From assembly GCA_001179505.1 (NCBI GenBank), contig CDMY01000520.1, forward strand, positions 124,001 to 188,000: 64,000 bases of DNA, written 5' to 3'. The translations under genes and the position numbers were made by a program. Source of the DNA: Vitrella brassicaformis CCMP3155 (lineage: Eukaryota; Protista; Chromerida). This document shows, piece by piece, positions 24,901 to 35,380 of this stretch (within the stretch, counting starts at the first letter, position 1; every line of letters begins with the position of its first letter). Under the pieces are notes generated by a model, which was given only the letters and a program-made list of their open reading frames with translations, had not been told where the DNA came from and did not search any database.

Positions 24901-27828
24901 AGTCAGCCACCGAGACAGCCCGATCCGCTGTGATTGATTCATGTCGCTTCCCTCCTCGCGTTGTGTTGGTTGATTCACAGGTTGACCGTCGCCACACTCT
25001 GCTGTAGGCGGGCTGTCAACTAGTCACTCCATGCATATTCGTGTGCTGTCCTTTGTCAGGGGGTCTGTGGCGGATCCTGCCGCTCCATTGCAAGGCCTCC
25101 AACCTCTCCCAGCTGTGCTGCCCAGGCACAAACAAGCCCGACACAGACGACGACGATGATGCAGACTCGCCACATCAACAGGGGCAGCAACAGCACCAAA
25201 CCCAGCGCGCCTTCTCAGAGTCAGGCAGTGCCTCCCGGTCTGCTATGCGACAGTCGCACTCCGACAACGTCAGCGAGAGGCGGCGGAAACGGAAGGACAG
25301 GTGGCTGCAGTACTTCATTTGTCCCCAACTATGGGTGGTGTGCCTCACATTCATCCACCCAAGTGAGCCAGGCACACAATCAAACAGACCAGACAGATGA
25401 AGAGGTCGCGTGCTCTTTTTGTGTCCTTGCCTGTCGTCCTTAGCCGTGACGCGTCAGCTGCTGGAGATCCTCCCCTGCCGCACCTTCCCGACCATCCGCT
25501 TGTCAGAGCCCCCCGGCGAACCCCTCGAGGGGCCTTATCCAACCATCCGCCGCTCATTGCTCGACCCCTCAATCCTCTGCTACACCGGCCAGCACCTCAC
25601 CTTCACCATCGTCTCCGTCGTGGGGCTGTGCGTGTGGTCCTTCGGCCCGGTCATCGCGGCACTGAGCATTCTGTGCTCGTACCAGCGGTCGGGGCGGCTC
25701 TACAAGCGGCAGACGCGGAAGAACCTGGGATTTCTCTACAACGGCTACCGTCGGTCCTTCTTCTACTGGGATGTCTGTTTTGCTTTGCGGCGGATTGCGG
25801 CTCTTGTCATAGCGCAGGCGGGTGCGTCTTTGGGTGACGAGATGATCCAGCTGGTGTGTTGGCAGCTCGTGGCTGCCTCGTCGCTCATCGTGCAGCTGTG
25901 GGTGAGGCCATTCGACAGCAGATCCTTCAACATACTCAATCGCATGGAGGCACAAGGTATGTAGGCGGCCGGGCCACACTGCCTGCATGGTCGGGTGCGT
26001 CAATGTGTTGGTCTGTCGATCGATTGAACTCAGGTTTGCTGATTTGGAACATCTCACTGTGGTGTCTGATGCTGCTGGCGTCGACAGCCGCCCATCCGAC
26101 TATGATGGCGTTGACAGCCGCCCACCCGACTGTGAGCCAGGAGTTTCAGGAGGTGCTGGGATACGTGCTGACGACCGTTGTGGTGCTGATCAACGCCTAT
26201 CACATCATCGCCCTCATTTGTCACACTGTACAGCATTCGCTCGATGTGCTGATGACGTCCATCCTGATTCTCGAGCACCTACCGGACAGTGCTCCCGGTG
26301 CCCGAGAGAAGAGGGACGGCATCATCATGGCGGCTATGCGTCGCATCGCCTTCACTGTGGGGGATTGTGAGGACCGCCGACGAGCAAGAGTCCCAACAGT
26401 GTGGCTCGACGCCGACGGCAGTGAGCTTACCATCATCCTTGACAGCAGCAAGGGCAAGGGCGGCGGCAAGGGGACGGCAGCCACGCCATCAGGCTCATCT
26501 GGCTCACGTCGACCAAGCAAGCCGCCACGCAGCCGCGCCCCTGTCGAGGGCAAGGTGGTGCTGCATGCGTCATCGCTGCCCCTCCCCGTGCCTATGACGA
26601 CGCAGAGCGCACCGCCTGCGCTGCTGGAGGTAGCACCTGGGGCTCATGACGGCAGCTTACGCAAGAAGAACACGGCCACCAGTTTGGACGACCTGTACTT
26701 CGACTCTTCTGCCACCGTGCAAGTGCAGCAGCTGCCCGTCTTTGCCCCCTGCCTCTTCCCGCCCTGCTCCGCCGACCACACGGCCGCAGCGACCACCCGG
26801 TCCCTCCCCCCTTCCGTCGAGGGCGACACTGGCACGTCACTCGGCCCCCATCTCCCCATAGCCGGGCAGCATCTCGGGTCGAGAGGCGACCTACCTGCTG
26901 CCATCTGGTCCGCGGCGACCGACAGCCTGCCACCAGACCAGGCACAGCGGATTCCCCAGGTGATCGCATCCACCCACTCGCTGCCCGCCATGGAGCACAG
27001 CCAGCGCACCACAGTGACCGATGCTGCCGAGCCGTCCTCGGTGGCACCGACCGAGCCGTCAGTCCGTTCTGCCAATCCGCTGAAGGAGGTGTGGAATCGC
27101 ATGTCAACAGCGGCGCTGACTCTAACTACACGGACAATGCGTGCGCGTCGTGTGGAGAGCGACCGGCGGAAGCGGTGGTGTTCTGAGGTCATGCGGCTGA
27201 CGAGTGAGTCGATGCAGGAGGTCATCGAGCAAGTGGGCATCCAGGCGGTGCCGAGTGATTTCGTCGAGTTCTTGTGGAGCCAGACCTTTGATGTGTACCG
27301 TCGGAGGAAGAGGACCATCAAGGATCCGACGTCAGGCAACGAACGGATCGTCCTCTTGCCGTCCTTGGAACTGAGGGTATGCACATGCACATACATATAC
27401 ATAAATGTACACATGGCGTCTCCGCATTTCGGTCATTTCTGTTGTGTTGCGCACATGTGCGCAGGTGGCCACAAGGTCGTCGTTGCGGAGGGGGTCTTCG
27501 TCATCCTTTGTGGACCTGATGAATGCGATTCAGGAAGAGGCCGTCACCGACGACACCGCAAAGACCGAAGGCATACCATTCACCGACTTCCAGGTAACCA
27601 AACAAGCACCAGCGACATCGTATCAGTCTCGCATCTCCTCTCTCTCTCCCTGTTCTCCCTGTCGCTCTGTGTCTGGCCATGTGGTACGTGCAGAGTAGCA
27701 TGGCGTTCGTTGTGGATCGGCTGATCAATGCTGGCCCCGGCTGGAAGGACGTGTATGCCGCCTTCAAGACGGCAAGGCAAGCGGACAAGGGTCACCAGGC
27801 GAACAACGGCCGTGTGTCGCCCCGATGA
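18949..27828 (+). CDS. Large receptor-like protein: signal peptide, unknown N-terminal domain, LRRs, EGF/TNFR(ephrin-receptor)-like Cys repeats, multi-pass (about 7 TM) region, cytoplasmic tail
   Basis: Signal-like RFSISLFMGVLPVVAAVSG. LRRs such as LSGPLPDAIVSLPELRGLYLDDTQLNGTLP and LQRLWDLDLSRNRLSGVIP. Cys-rich CRCIPGYEGHGRTCTKCPDGTYSN and EGHTGPMCGSCDKGW. TM block with CYTGQH..VGLCVWSFG..LGFLYNGYRRSFFYWD..LWVRPF. Last exon ends ...NGRVSPR* at 27828. Individual exon borders are approximate. Confidence 0.85.
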
Positions 27829-28249
27829 CTGAGTGGCTGCATGTGTGCATCCGTGGGTGTGCCTACATTCGTGACGTGCGCGGTATGCCTCTTCTGTGTT
27901 CATCTTTTTCTCGGCTTTTTGCCGTCCCGCTGTGGTGCGTACCAGTCAGCCAATTGTCTGCTGCTCGTACCTGTCGCACTGTGAGGCTTTGCCGCTCACA
28001 CGCGCTTCCGTAAGTCTGTCTGTCTCCCGTCAAGTGACTTCGATCGGCTCGAGTGTATTTAGAGCGATGTGACTTTATCTGCGCCCTGTTATGTTCTATT
28101 ATGTGGGTATCGTATTGGCGTAAGGAGCGTCGGTGTGCAGTTCATGAGTGGATCGATGGTCGCTGAGCCGACGTGCGCCTGTCTTAATGGCATTTAACTC
28201 GGTGTTCGGTGGGACAGACATTGTGTTCGATGATTCATCTTAGTTGGTG

Positions 28250-28625
28250 CTCTCGTCTCTACCCATGTGTCTGTAGTCAATGTCCCACTCTGTCCCGCCT
28301 TCCCCATTTCCCGCCATGCAATGCAGTGTTCCACCATCGTCACGTCGCATTCATCCAGTCCCACGTGTGTCATCCATCCGATCCATGCATGTACCCATGC
28401 ATATGACCGGCCAGTCGATAACACGAACAAGCACTGCGGACGGACGTCTGTCTAGAAGAAAAAAAAAACTCGAGCTCATGTGGGGGAAAGCAAAGTACTG
28501 ACTACCCTGTCTCCCTTACAGCTACGCTGCCACTATGGCTACACGTGTGAAAATAACATCACCCGATATGCATGTCACACATCCATGTGGCTGCCCCGCA
28601 GTGTCGGCAAGCTCTCGCCCGCCTG
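28250..28625 (-). repeat. Diverged copy of the S74-gene 3' flank segment
   Basis: For example cagctacgctgccactatggctacacgtgtgaaaataaca...cgcagtgtcggcaagctctcgcccgcc (about 28520-28623) matches 34960-35065 in the same orientation. Confidence 0.8.
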
Positions 28626-29171
28626 CACACAATCATTCACGCAGCAGCGTCCAGCGTCACGTACGAGACAACTGACAACTGACGAATCACGCGAGCCCTC
28701 CCATTCCGCGCACGTGTACCATACATCACATCACATCACAGACGTCATGACACATCCCTACACACGCAGCGTCAGTCACACAGTCACGCACGAATGCATT
28801 TGTATGCGCACGGCGAGCCGACCAGCCAGTCACTCTCATTTGGAGGGGACCGACTTGCCAGCCCCCCCAACACACACAAAAGATCACATGCACGCCTCTC
28901 TGTACGAATTGTTGCCATTTGCGGCCACACACACACATTCATGTATGAATCATGAAAGGCACCCTTGGCTGGCTAAGAGGGCCACATCGAGAAAGTGACT
29001 TAGCTGTAGAAGCTGACCACAACAGGAGACACTGACATCAGCACTGTCACGAGTAATCGTACACGTGCTCGGGAAATCACATCACACGGATTGTGGGCTC
29101 GTCCAAGTTTAAAAGCAAACTGCAGGCAACAACAGATACACACAGGCAGAAAACAGGTTGAGAACAGATAA

Positions 29172-30332
29172 TTAAGACAATGTTCGGCGTGTTAGTGAAG
29201 AATCTGTCTGTTGGAGAGCGCGTGCGTCCATGCATATCACACCTGCTCTGTAGGCGCATCCGTTGGCGGCAAACGGACCCCTGTGAGCGCATGTGTTGCT
29301 ACTACGTCTCCTGCACATACAAACACGAATCGTGCGAACGGCCAGGTCTCTTCAAGTTCACTTGACTAACCATGTCTCGGGAGTGTTGTTGTTGTGGCAC
29401 GAGACCTCCATCCACAAGCATCCTCTCCACCCGTACTTCTTGCACGCCTCATTTCCCGATTTATGCAAACGCGTCGGCCCAGACGGACCAGGCTTCAGGT
29501 CCGTCATGCACACATACTTGTGGAGGTTGAAAGGGGTGGACGGGGTCTTCCTCTTCATGCAGCCATACAGCTTCCGGTTGCACTTCCTGTTCCTTCTATC
29601 GCAACGTTGGTCGTCGCAACTGCATGGAAAGACCAAGAGCAGAAGAGAGTTCAACAAAGGAGATTGGCCTGCAGCATGCTGTCCTCTCATGTCTACTCAC
29701 TCGTTGGAGCAGCAATCGTTGTCGTATCTGCAGCGGTGTCCATATGGGGCCAGCGCTTTCTTCGGCCAGCACCAACCATTGACGCAGTTCTTAGAGTTGC
29801 AATCCCGGGTGCGACTGCATCTACTCCCAATTGGCCTCTGCTGCTCCGAAACAGCAGTTGTGTTGCCCTGAGGGCAAGCACACAAGGAACAGGGTCGACA
29901 ATAATTACCGAGACTCAACGCACTCGCATCTCATGTGTAGGTTTGTGTGAGAGCTCGGGTGCGCGTACATGGGAGGAAGCCTGCTCCTCCTCCATGCCGT
30001 CCTCATCAGCCTCGTCTCTGTAGGGACTGTCGGGATGCTCAGGATTCATCCAGTCCTCCCACACCTGCACCCAAACAGAAGAACAGCCATCTATGTGCAT
30101 GAGACTCAACACCCTGCGTCAGCAAGCTCCACTAGCCTACATCGTCGCCGTCTGCATCGTCGTCTTGTTCCGTGAAGCCGCCGAGGTCCTCCTCGAGCTC
30201 AACTGTACGAGGTGCGTCTCCAAGTTGAAACTCGGGAGACTCCGGGTCTGCGGCAGGCACGGGCGGGTCGGCATAAGGAGCGGCCAGACCCATCGTTACC
30301 AGGGCAGCGAACACGACAAGCAGACGAGTCAT
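29172..30332 (-). CDS. Secreted Cys-rich protein: signal peptide, acidic pro-region, two knottin/Dickkopf-like Cys motifs, C-terminal SRCR-like segment
   Basis: MTRLLVVFAALVTMGLAAP; acidic EEDLGGFTEQDDDADGDD and RDEADEDGMEEE; GSRCSRTRDCNSKNCVNGWC; GHRCRYDNDCCSNDCDDQRC; YVC...NEACKKYGWRGCLWMEVSC...TCAHRGPFAANGCAYRAGVIC. The last exon (29172-29310) is inferred; an unspliced alternative stops at 29358. Confidence 0.75.
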
Positions 30333-30391
30333 GATGCACACACAGCACACAGATCTGCGGCGGAGGGGGGAAGAGGAGGAGAGGGGGAGAA

Positions 30392-30457
30392 AGGGTTAGG
30401 CCGTTACGGCTCCGTTACCGCCCCAGGGTTAGGCCGTTACGGCTCCGTCACCGCCCC
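30392..30457. promoter_or_regulatory. 2 x 33-bp tandem repeat (agggttaggccgttacggctccgt(t/c)accgcccc) carrying CCGTTA/TAACGG motifs, about 60-125 bp upstream of the 30332 ATG
   Basis: Direct repeat seen in the sequence (1 mismatch). Regulatory role is inferred from position and from recurrence of AACGG upstream of the other secreted genes. Confidence 0.6.
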
Positions 30458-30764
30458 TCAGGGGTGCGAGCTGCAGCAGCGGTTTCAGGGATGAAATTTC
30501 CCTCCTCCGTCGGGCTGGCGGGACTCGCTCGCGTTCCCGAAACGAAATGCAAAGCCCCCATGCATGCAAAGCCCCCAAGCTCGCATGCAAGCCCCCGCAA
30601 GGGAACCGAAGGGAATTGCTAGCTTGGCCCCAATTACGGACAAACAAACAAGAACACTTTGTTTCGTAAGAGCGTGCCACGCTCGTGAAACTCGCGAGTC
30701 CCGAACGAACCCCCGGCGGGTGTGTTGCGTTGAAATGAAAGGGGGACGACCCCCGGCGGGTAGA

Positions 30765-31078
30765 GAGGATTGGGATAGGCACTTGGAGTGTCTGTCTGAC
30801 TGTCTGTATGTCTGTGTATGTTTAGCTTATAGTGCCAGCTTACCGCCGACGCACCTGATCCCTCGTTTGTGGCAGAACACGAGACGGGCATAGAGACGTT
30901 CATGAGTCCAGACGGTAAGTCTTCGCGCGGCGTATTGGATGCAGGCTGATGAGCTCGGCACCACGAGCTCTAATGTCTTGTATGTTTCTGTGTGTCGGTG
31001 TGTCGGGCAGGGTCGATGGGCTGCGGAAAGGACATGATGGTGGCCAGAGTCCAGGCCGAAAATGCGATGGTTGTGTGA
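30765..31078 (+). pseudogene. Truncated third copy of the S74/ICA gene: intron 1 tail, exon 2, intron 2 and start of exon 3; exon 1 and the entire ICA domain are missing
   Basis: Exon 30833-30914 (82 nt, CQLTADAPDPSFVAEHETGIETFMSPD) has the same length as and resembles exon 2 of the 35381-36613 gene. Exon from 31011 (GSMGCGKDMMVARVQAE) jumps at about 31061 straight into the 3' flank that follows the intact gene at about 38208. Confidence 0.85.
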
Positions 31079-31830
31079 TTTTTGCAATCCTCTCGACTGG
31101 CAAGCACTGAGTCTGTCCGCATACATGGGGTCCATGTGGGCGGGCAAGTCGTGTGGGCGTACTGTGGCTTACTTGCGCTACGTGTGCTGCCTTGGTTGTC
31201 TGTGCATTGTGTCACTTTACTGTGGCTGACCCATCCACTCACTCGTAGAACGGTGATTTTTGGCTGGACAGACGGCCGTCCACATTATTTGTTGGCGCTG
31301 GCGGGCGAGAGCTTGCCGACACTGCGGCGCAGCCTCATGGATGTGTGACATGCGTGCCGGCTCGTCTTGATTGTCACACGTGTGGCCATCGTGGCAGCGT
31401 AGCTGTAATGGAGACGAGAGGCGGGCAGCTTGGAGTTCTTTTTTGTCTGGACAGGTTCGTCCACACCGTTGGGTGCTGCTCTGGTGTCTGCGTGTTGGGT
31501 GCCGTGTGTGTGTCTGTTGACTGGCTGGTCAGTCAGTGGCACCTCCGAAACAGGGAGGTGCTGACGTACCTGCGCAGATCGGCAGACACACACAGTGCCA
31601 CGCGCCTGAGGCATTGGATGGATGAATGATGTGTGAGGGAGATGCGACGTCACGATGGGACATTGCATTGCATTGCGGGTTGGGAAAGAGACACGTGGGG
31701 ATGTGGGGATGAGAGCACTGAAACCATCAGAAGAAACCAGCAATCATCGGCAAAGGCACTCTCGCCCTCCCCTCTGATGAACAATCCATCACACGCTGAA
31801 TGCAGACAGACTGCCCACCAGGAATACCGT
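31062..31830 (+). repeat. Copy of the S74-gene 3' flank; inverted relative to 34540-35310, direct relative to 38208-38750
   Basis: Long near-identical stretches such as atgcgatggttgtgtgatttttgcaatc...gggcaagtcgtgtgggcgtactgtggcttacttgcgctacgtgtgctgccttggttgtc. Confidence 0.9.
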
Positions 31831-32793
31831 CCACTCCACATCATTTGTCTGCATGAATGTCTCCCTTCGTCTCGGCGACATTCACAGAGAGAGACAGAGA
31901 GACAGAGAGAGAGAGCGCATGGAACTTATGTATTATGTGTTGTATCGTGTACGTGGCTGTCGAATGAGTGAATATATGGGTTGACGTGTGAGCGATCAGT
32001 TCGCCAGTTTTGAGTCATTTGAGTGTATCCGCTCGAGCTCGACGAATCATTGCAGGTGGTGCTGTGATATCATACCCATGTGACCGTCTGACAGTGTGTG
32101 TTCCGCCCTGTCCCTTTTTCCCGCAGTGTTAGTATCCACGAATGTACAGCCACATGGATCAGATCAGGCCAGGCGTGTCCGTATTTCTCTCCGTCGACCG
32201 ACCCACCCATCCACCCATGCCTTTCCTCACAGGCATACGCCAGAAAATAACACGTGCTGCAGAGTAGTCATCGATGGATGGTGACAGAGCAGTCATCGAT
32301 GGATGGTGACAATGGAATGGCAGCTTGGGTGCGACGAACGGCGTCTGTCGGCTCAGCGTCCCCTTTTTCGGGCGCCGCACAGACAAACGCTGACACACCA
32401 TCCACAGCCGCCTGACTGACTGATTGACTGACCGTGCCGTGTCACAAAACAAACAAGGAAAAGTACCGGCCTGACAGACCGAAGAATGCACATACGTACA
32501 CACACGCACATACGTACATACGTAGACACATGCATACAGACAGACATGCATACATACACGCGTATGTACACACGTACATACGTACATACAGACATGCATG
32601 CACACGTACACACATGCATACATACATGTAGCACGAGGGACACAGCGAGACAAATAACTCTACCGAATTAAGTGCCGTGCGGGGATGCTGATCGGCAGGT
32701 AGCCAGGTAGATGGCACACGACCATAGAAAGTAACTCACGGGCTGACGCATCACGGAGGTCAGTCAGTCGATAGAAAGATCGGCACAGCTTGA

Positions 32794-34291
32794 TCAGCAC
32801 AATTTAATGGCCGACACCCAGCCGTTAAAAGGGTCGAACCTGGTAGCCACTGACTGGTTTACATTGCTCTTATGACCTGTAGGCGAGAGAGAGAGAGACA
32901 GACGGATCCATGAACGCACACAGAAAGAAGGAACGAAGAGAGAGACAGACACAGAGGTGCAATCAAACTGAGGCTCGTGTGTGTACGTATGGCTCGTTCC
33001 GTAGCTAACAGATGGACGGGCGCACCTTGCAAGTAGCAGGTGGTGCCGCCGTTTTTGTAGGTGTAGAAGCGGCACTTCTTCTTGTCGCGACACTTCTGCC
33101 TGCACTCCGCCTCAGTGTTGTATTGCTTGGTATCAATGACCGCGCCAAAAATATAGGTGTTGTTTTTGCGGAGAAACGGGCACTTTCTCCGGTTCACATC
33201 GCCCTCCGGATCAACACTCAGCTCACCAGCTGCATGCAGACCCAAGACAGAAATTATGTAGGTGCACACTCCCAATCTGTACATACAGTGGCCTTACGAA
33301 TGCTTGACTTAGCGGCCGTGATGATATCCATGAAGAAGGCGCACTCCTCGCGTGCCTGCTCAGCCGCGGGGCTGCGGAGGGAGCCTTCATCTGCACCACA
33401 CACACGAGCGATGAGAACCAGGAACATCGTCACGTGTATGCACGCTGGCCGGGATGCCCCACCTACCAGTCTTGAGGTCCCTGCAGGTCGTGATTCTCTG
33501 CTGGGCAGCTGAAGCCTCCTCAGGGTGTTTTTCGGCCCAAGAATGGTCACAGGCGGACCATTTGCATTCGTTTTTCCAGCAGTTCCAATCGAACAGAGGG
33601 CACTCCCAGCAGCACTTCTCATCTGGCTTCTCTGCAGCAGCCAGAAAGGAACACACAAGACACAAGACAGACATTCGAGCTAGCGAATGACCTTGTGTGC
33701 ATTGCTGCACCACCCACCAGTCGTGGTGGGCGGCTCCTCGGCTGGTTCCTCGTCGGCGTCGTCCTGTCTGGTGCTCTCGTCATCGGTGCACGCGGAGAAC
33801 GAACACTCATACTTCCAGCACTGTCATCAGTGTCATCAGCAGCCACACAAGACACACACCGTCTCCTCATTGCATGGTCGCACCCACCCCACCCACCTGC
33901 CAATCGAAGAGCCTGCAGTCCCAGCAGCACTTATCCTTGGGTGGTTTCGCTGCAGCACAACAGCATAAGAAACGACCGACCAGGACAGCACACACGCACA
34001 CACACACACACACACACCAGACAAACAGGCGGTGACAAGTCAGGTCTGGCTGCAGATGGTCCTACGAGTGGTGGTTTCGGTCGTGTCACCGTCTCCATTG
34101 TCACCGTCTCCATTGTCACCGTCTCCATTGTCACCGTCAGTGCCGTCAGTGCCGTCAGTGCCGTCAGTGCCGTCGCCTGGCTCGGGGTCGCCATTCTGGA
34201 GCCGACGTGCAGGCACGCCGGCACGAGGCACTTCCTGTGCCGCCGCCAAGGCGAGCAGGCCGATAAGGGCAAGGGCGAAGAGGGTCCTCAT
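32794..34291 (-). CDS. Secreted protein with GTD/GDN repeats, two Cys/Trp-rich repeats and a C-terminal PAN/apple domain
   Basis: MRTLFALALIGLLALAAAQE signal; KCCWDCRLFDWQCWKYECSFSAC and KCCWECPLFDWNCWKNECKWSAC; PAN-like CPFLRKNNTYIFGAVI...EAECRQKCRDKKKCRFYTYKNGGTTCYLQ...WVSAIKLC*. Seven exons with GT-AG borders keep the frame. Confidence 0.85.
34085..34174 (-). repeat. Coding minisatellites: (GACGGCACT)x4 = (DGT)4 and (GACAATGGAGACGGT)x3 = (DNGDG)3
   Basis: Direct reading within exon 1 of the PAN gene. Confidence 0.9.
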
Positions 34292-34369
34292 CGTGGTGAC
34301 GATCTGGCGGGGAGTTCGAAAGGATGAACAGAAAACTTGAACTTCACGAAGGAGAGATCTGTACGGAGA

Positions 34370-34447
34370 CGGTAACGAAGACGTTACGGAAACTTCACGG
34401 AGCCGCAACGGCTCTGCCGTTGCCGCTTCGGCGAGCTTGGATCGCGC
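34370..34447 (-). promoter_or_regulatory. Promoter element GCGCGATCCAAGCTCGCCG plus clustered AACGG/GTAACG motifs upstream of the PAN gene
   Basis: The 19-mer at 34429-34447 (- strand) is identical to 59710-59728 (+ strand). Both lie about 135-155 bp upstream of related signal-peptide ATGs. Confidence 0.7.
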
Positions 34448-35380
34448 ATTTCCGTGACCTCTCCCTTTATTTCTACACGCACGCGTGACTCGTCCAGCCA
34501 TGTGTATGTCATCCGAGCCGACGGGATATTCACGCAGGCAATGGACGGGTATTCGTGGTGGGCAGTCTGTCATACATTCAGTGTGTGATGGATTGTTCAT
34601 CGGAGGGGAGGACATTGTTGCTTCCTTCTGATGGTTTCAGTGCTCTCATCCCCATGTGTCTGTGCGTCCCGCCCCGGCAATGCAATGGCCCACTGTGTCA
34701 CACGTCGCATCTCCCTCACGCGCATCATCCATCCATCCAATGCATCAGGCACGTGGCACTGTGTGTGTCTGCCGATCTGCGCAGGTACCTCAGCACCTCC
34801 CTGTTTCGGAGGACCGCTGACTGACCAGCCAGTCAACACACACACACACACACACACACGGCACCCAACACGCAGACACCAGGGTGGCACCCAACAGTGT
34901 GGACAGACATCTGTCCAGACCAAAAAGAACTCCAAGCAGCGCGCCTTTCGTCTCCATTACAGCTACGCTCCCACGATGGCTACACGTGAAAATAACAACA
35001 TGAGCCGGCACGCACGTCACACATCCATTAGGCTGCGCCGCAGTGTCGGCAAGCTCTCGCCCGCCAGCGCCAACAAATAATGTGGACGGCCATCTGTCCA
35101 GCCAAAAATCACAGTTGCACAAACAAAGTGGATGGGTCAGACACAGTAAAGTGACACAGTGCACGACAGACAACCAAGGCAGCACACGTAGCGCAAGTAA
35201 GCCACAGTACGCCCACACGACTTGCCCGCCCACATCGAGCCCATGTATGGGACAGGTTCAGTGCTTGCCAGTCGAGATGACTGCAAAAATCACACAACCA
35301 TCGCATCCCGCATGCACACATTGATGGACCACATACACCCCACCCATCACACACCATGGATGGAGGCATCCACCGACTAC

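Noticed and set aside
30392-30457. Possible CRISPR-like direct repeats
   Set aside because: Two adjacent units with no spacer, in eukaryotic DNA with no cas genes
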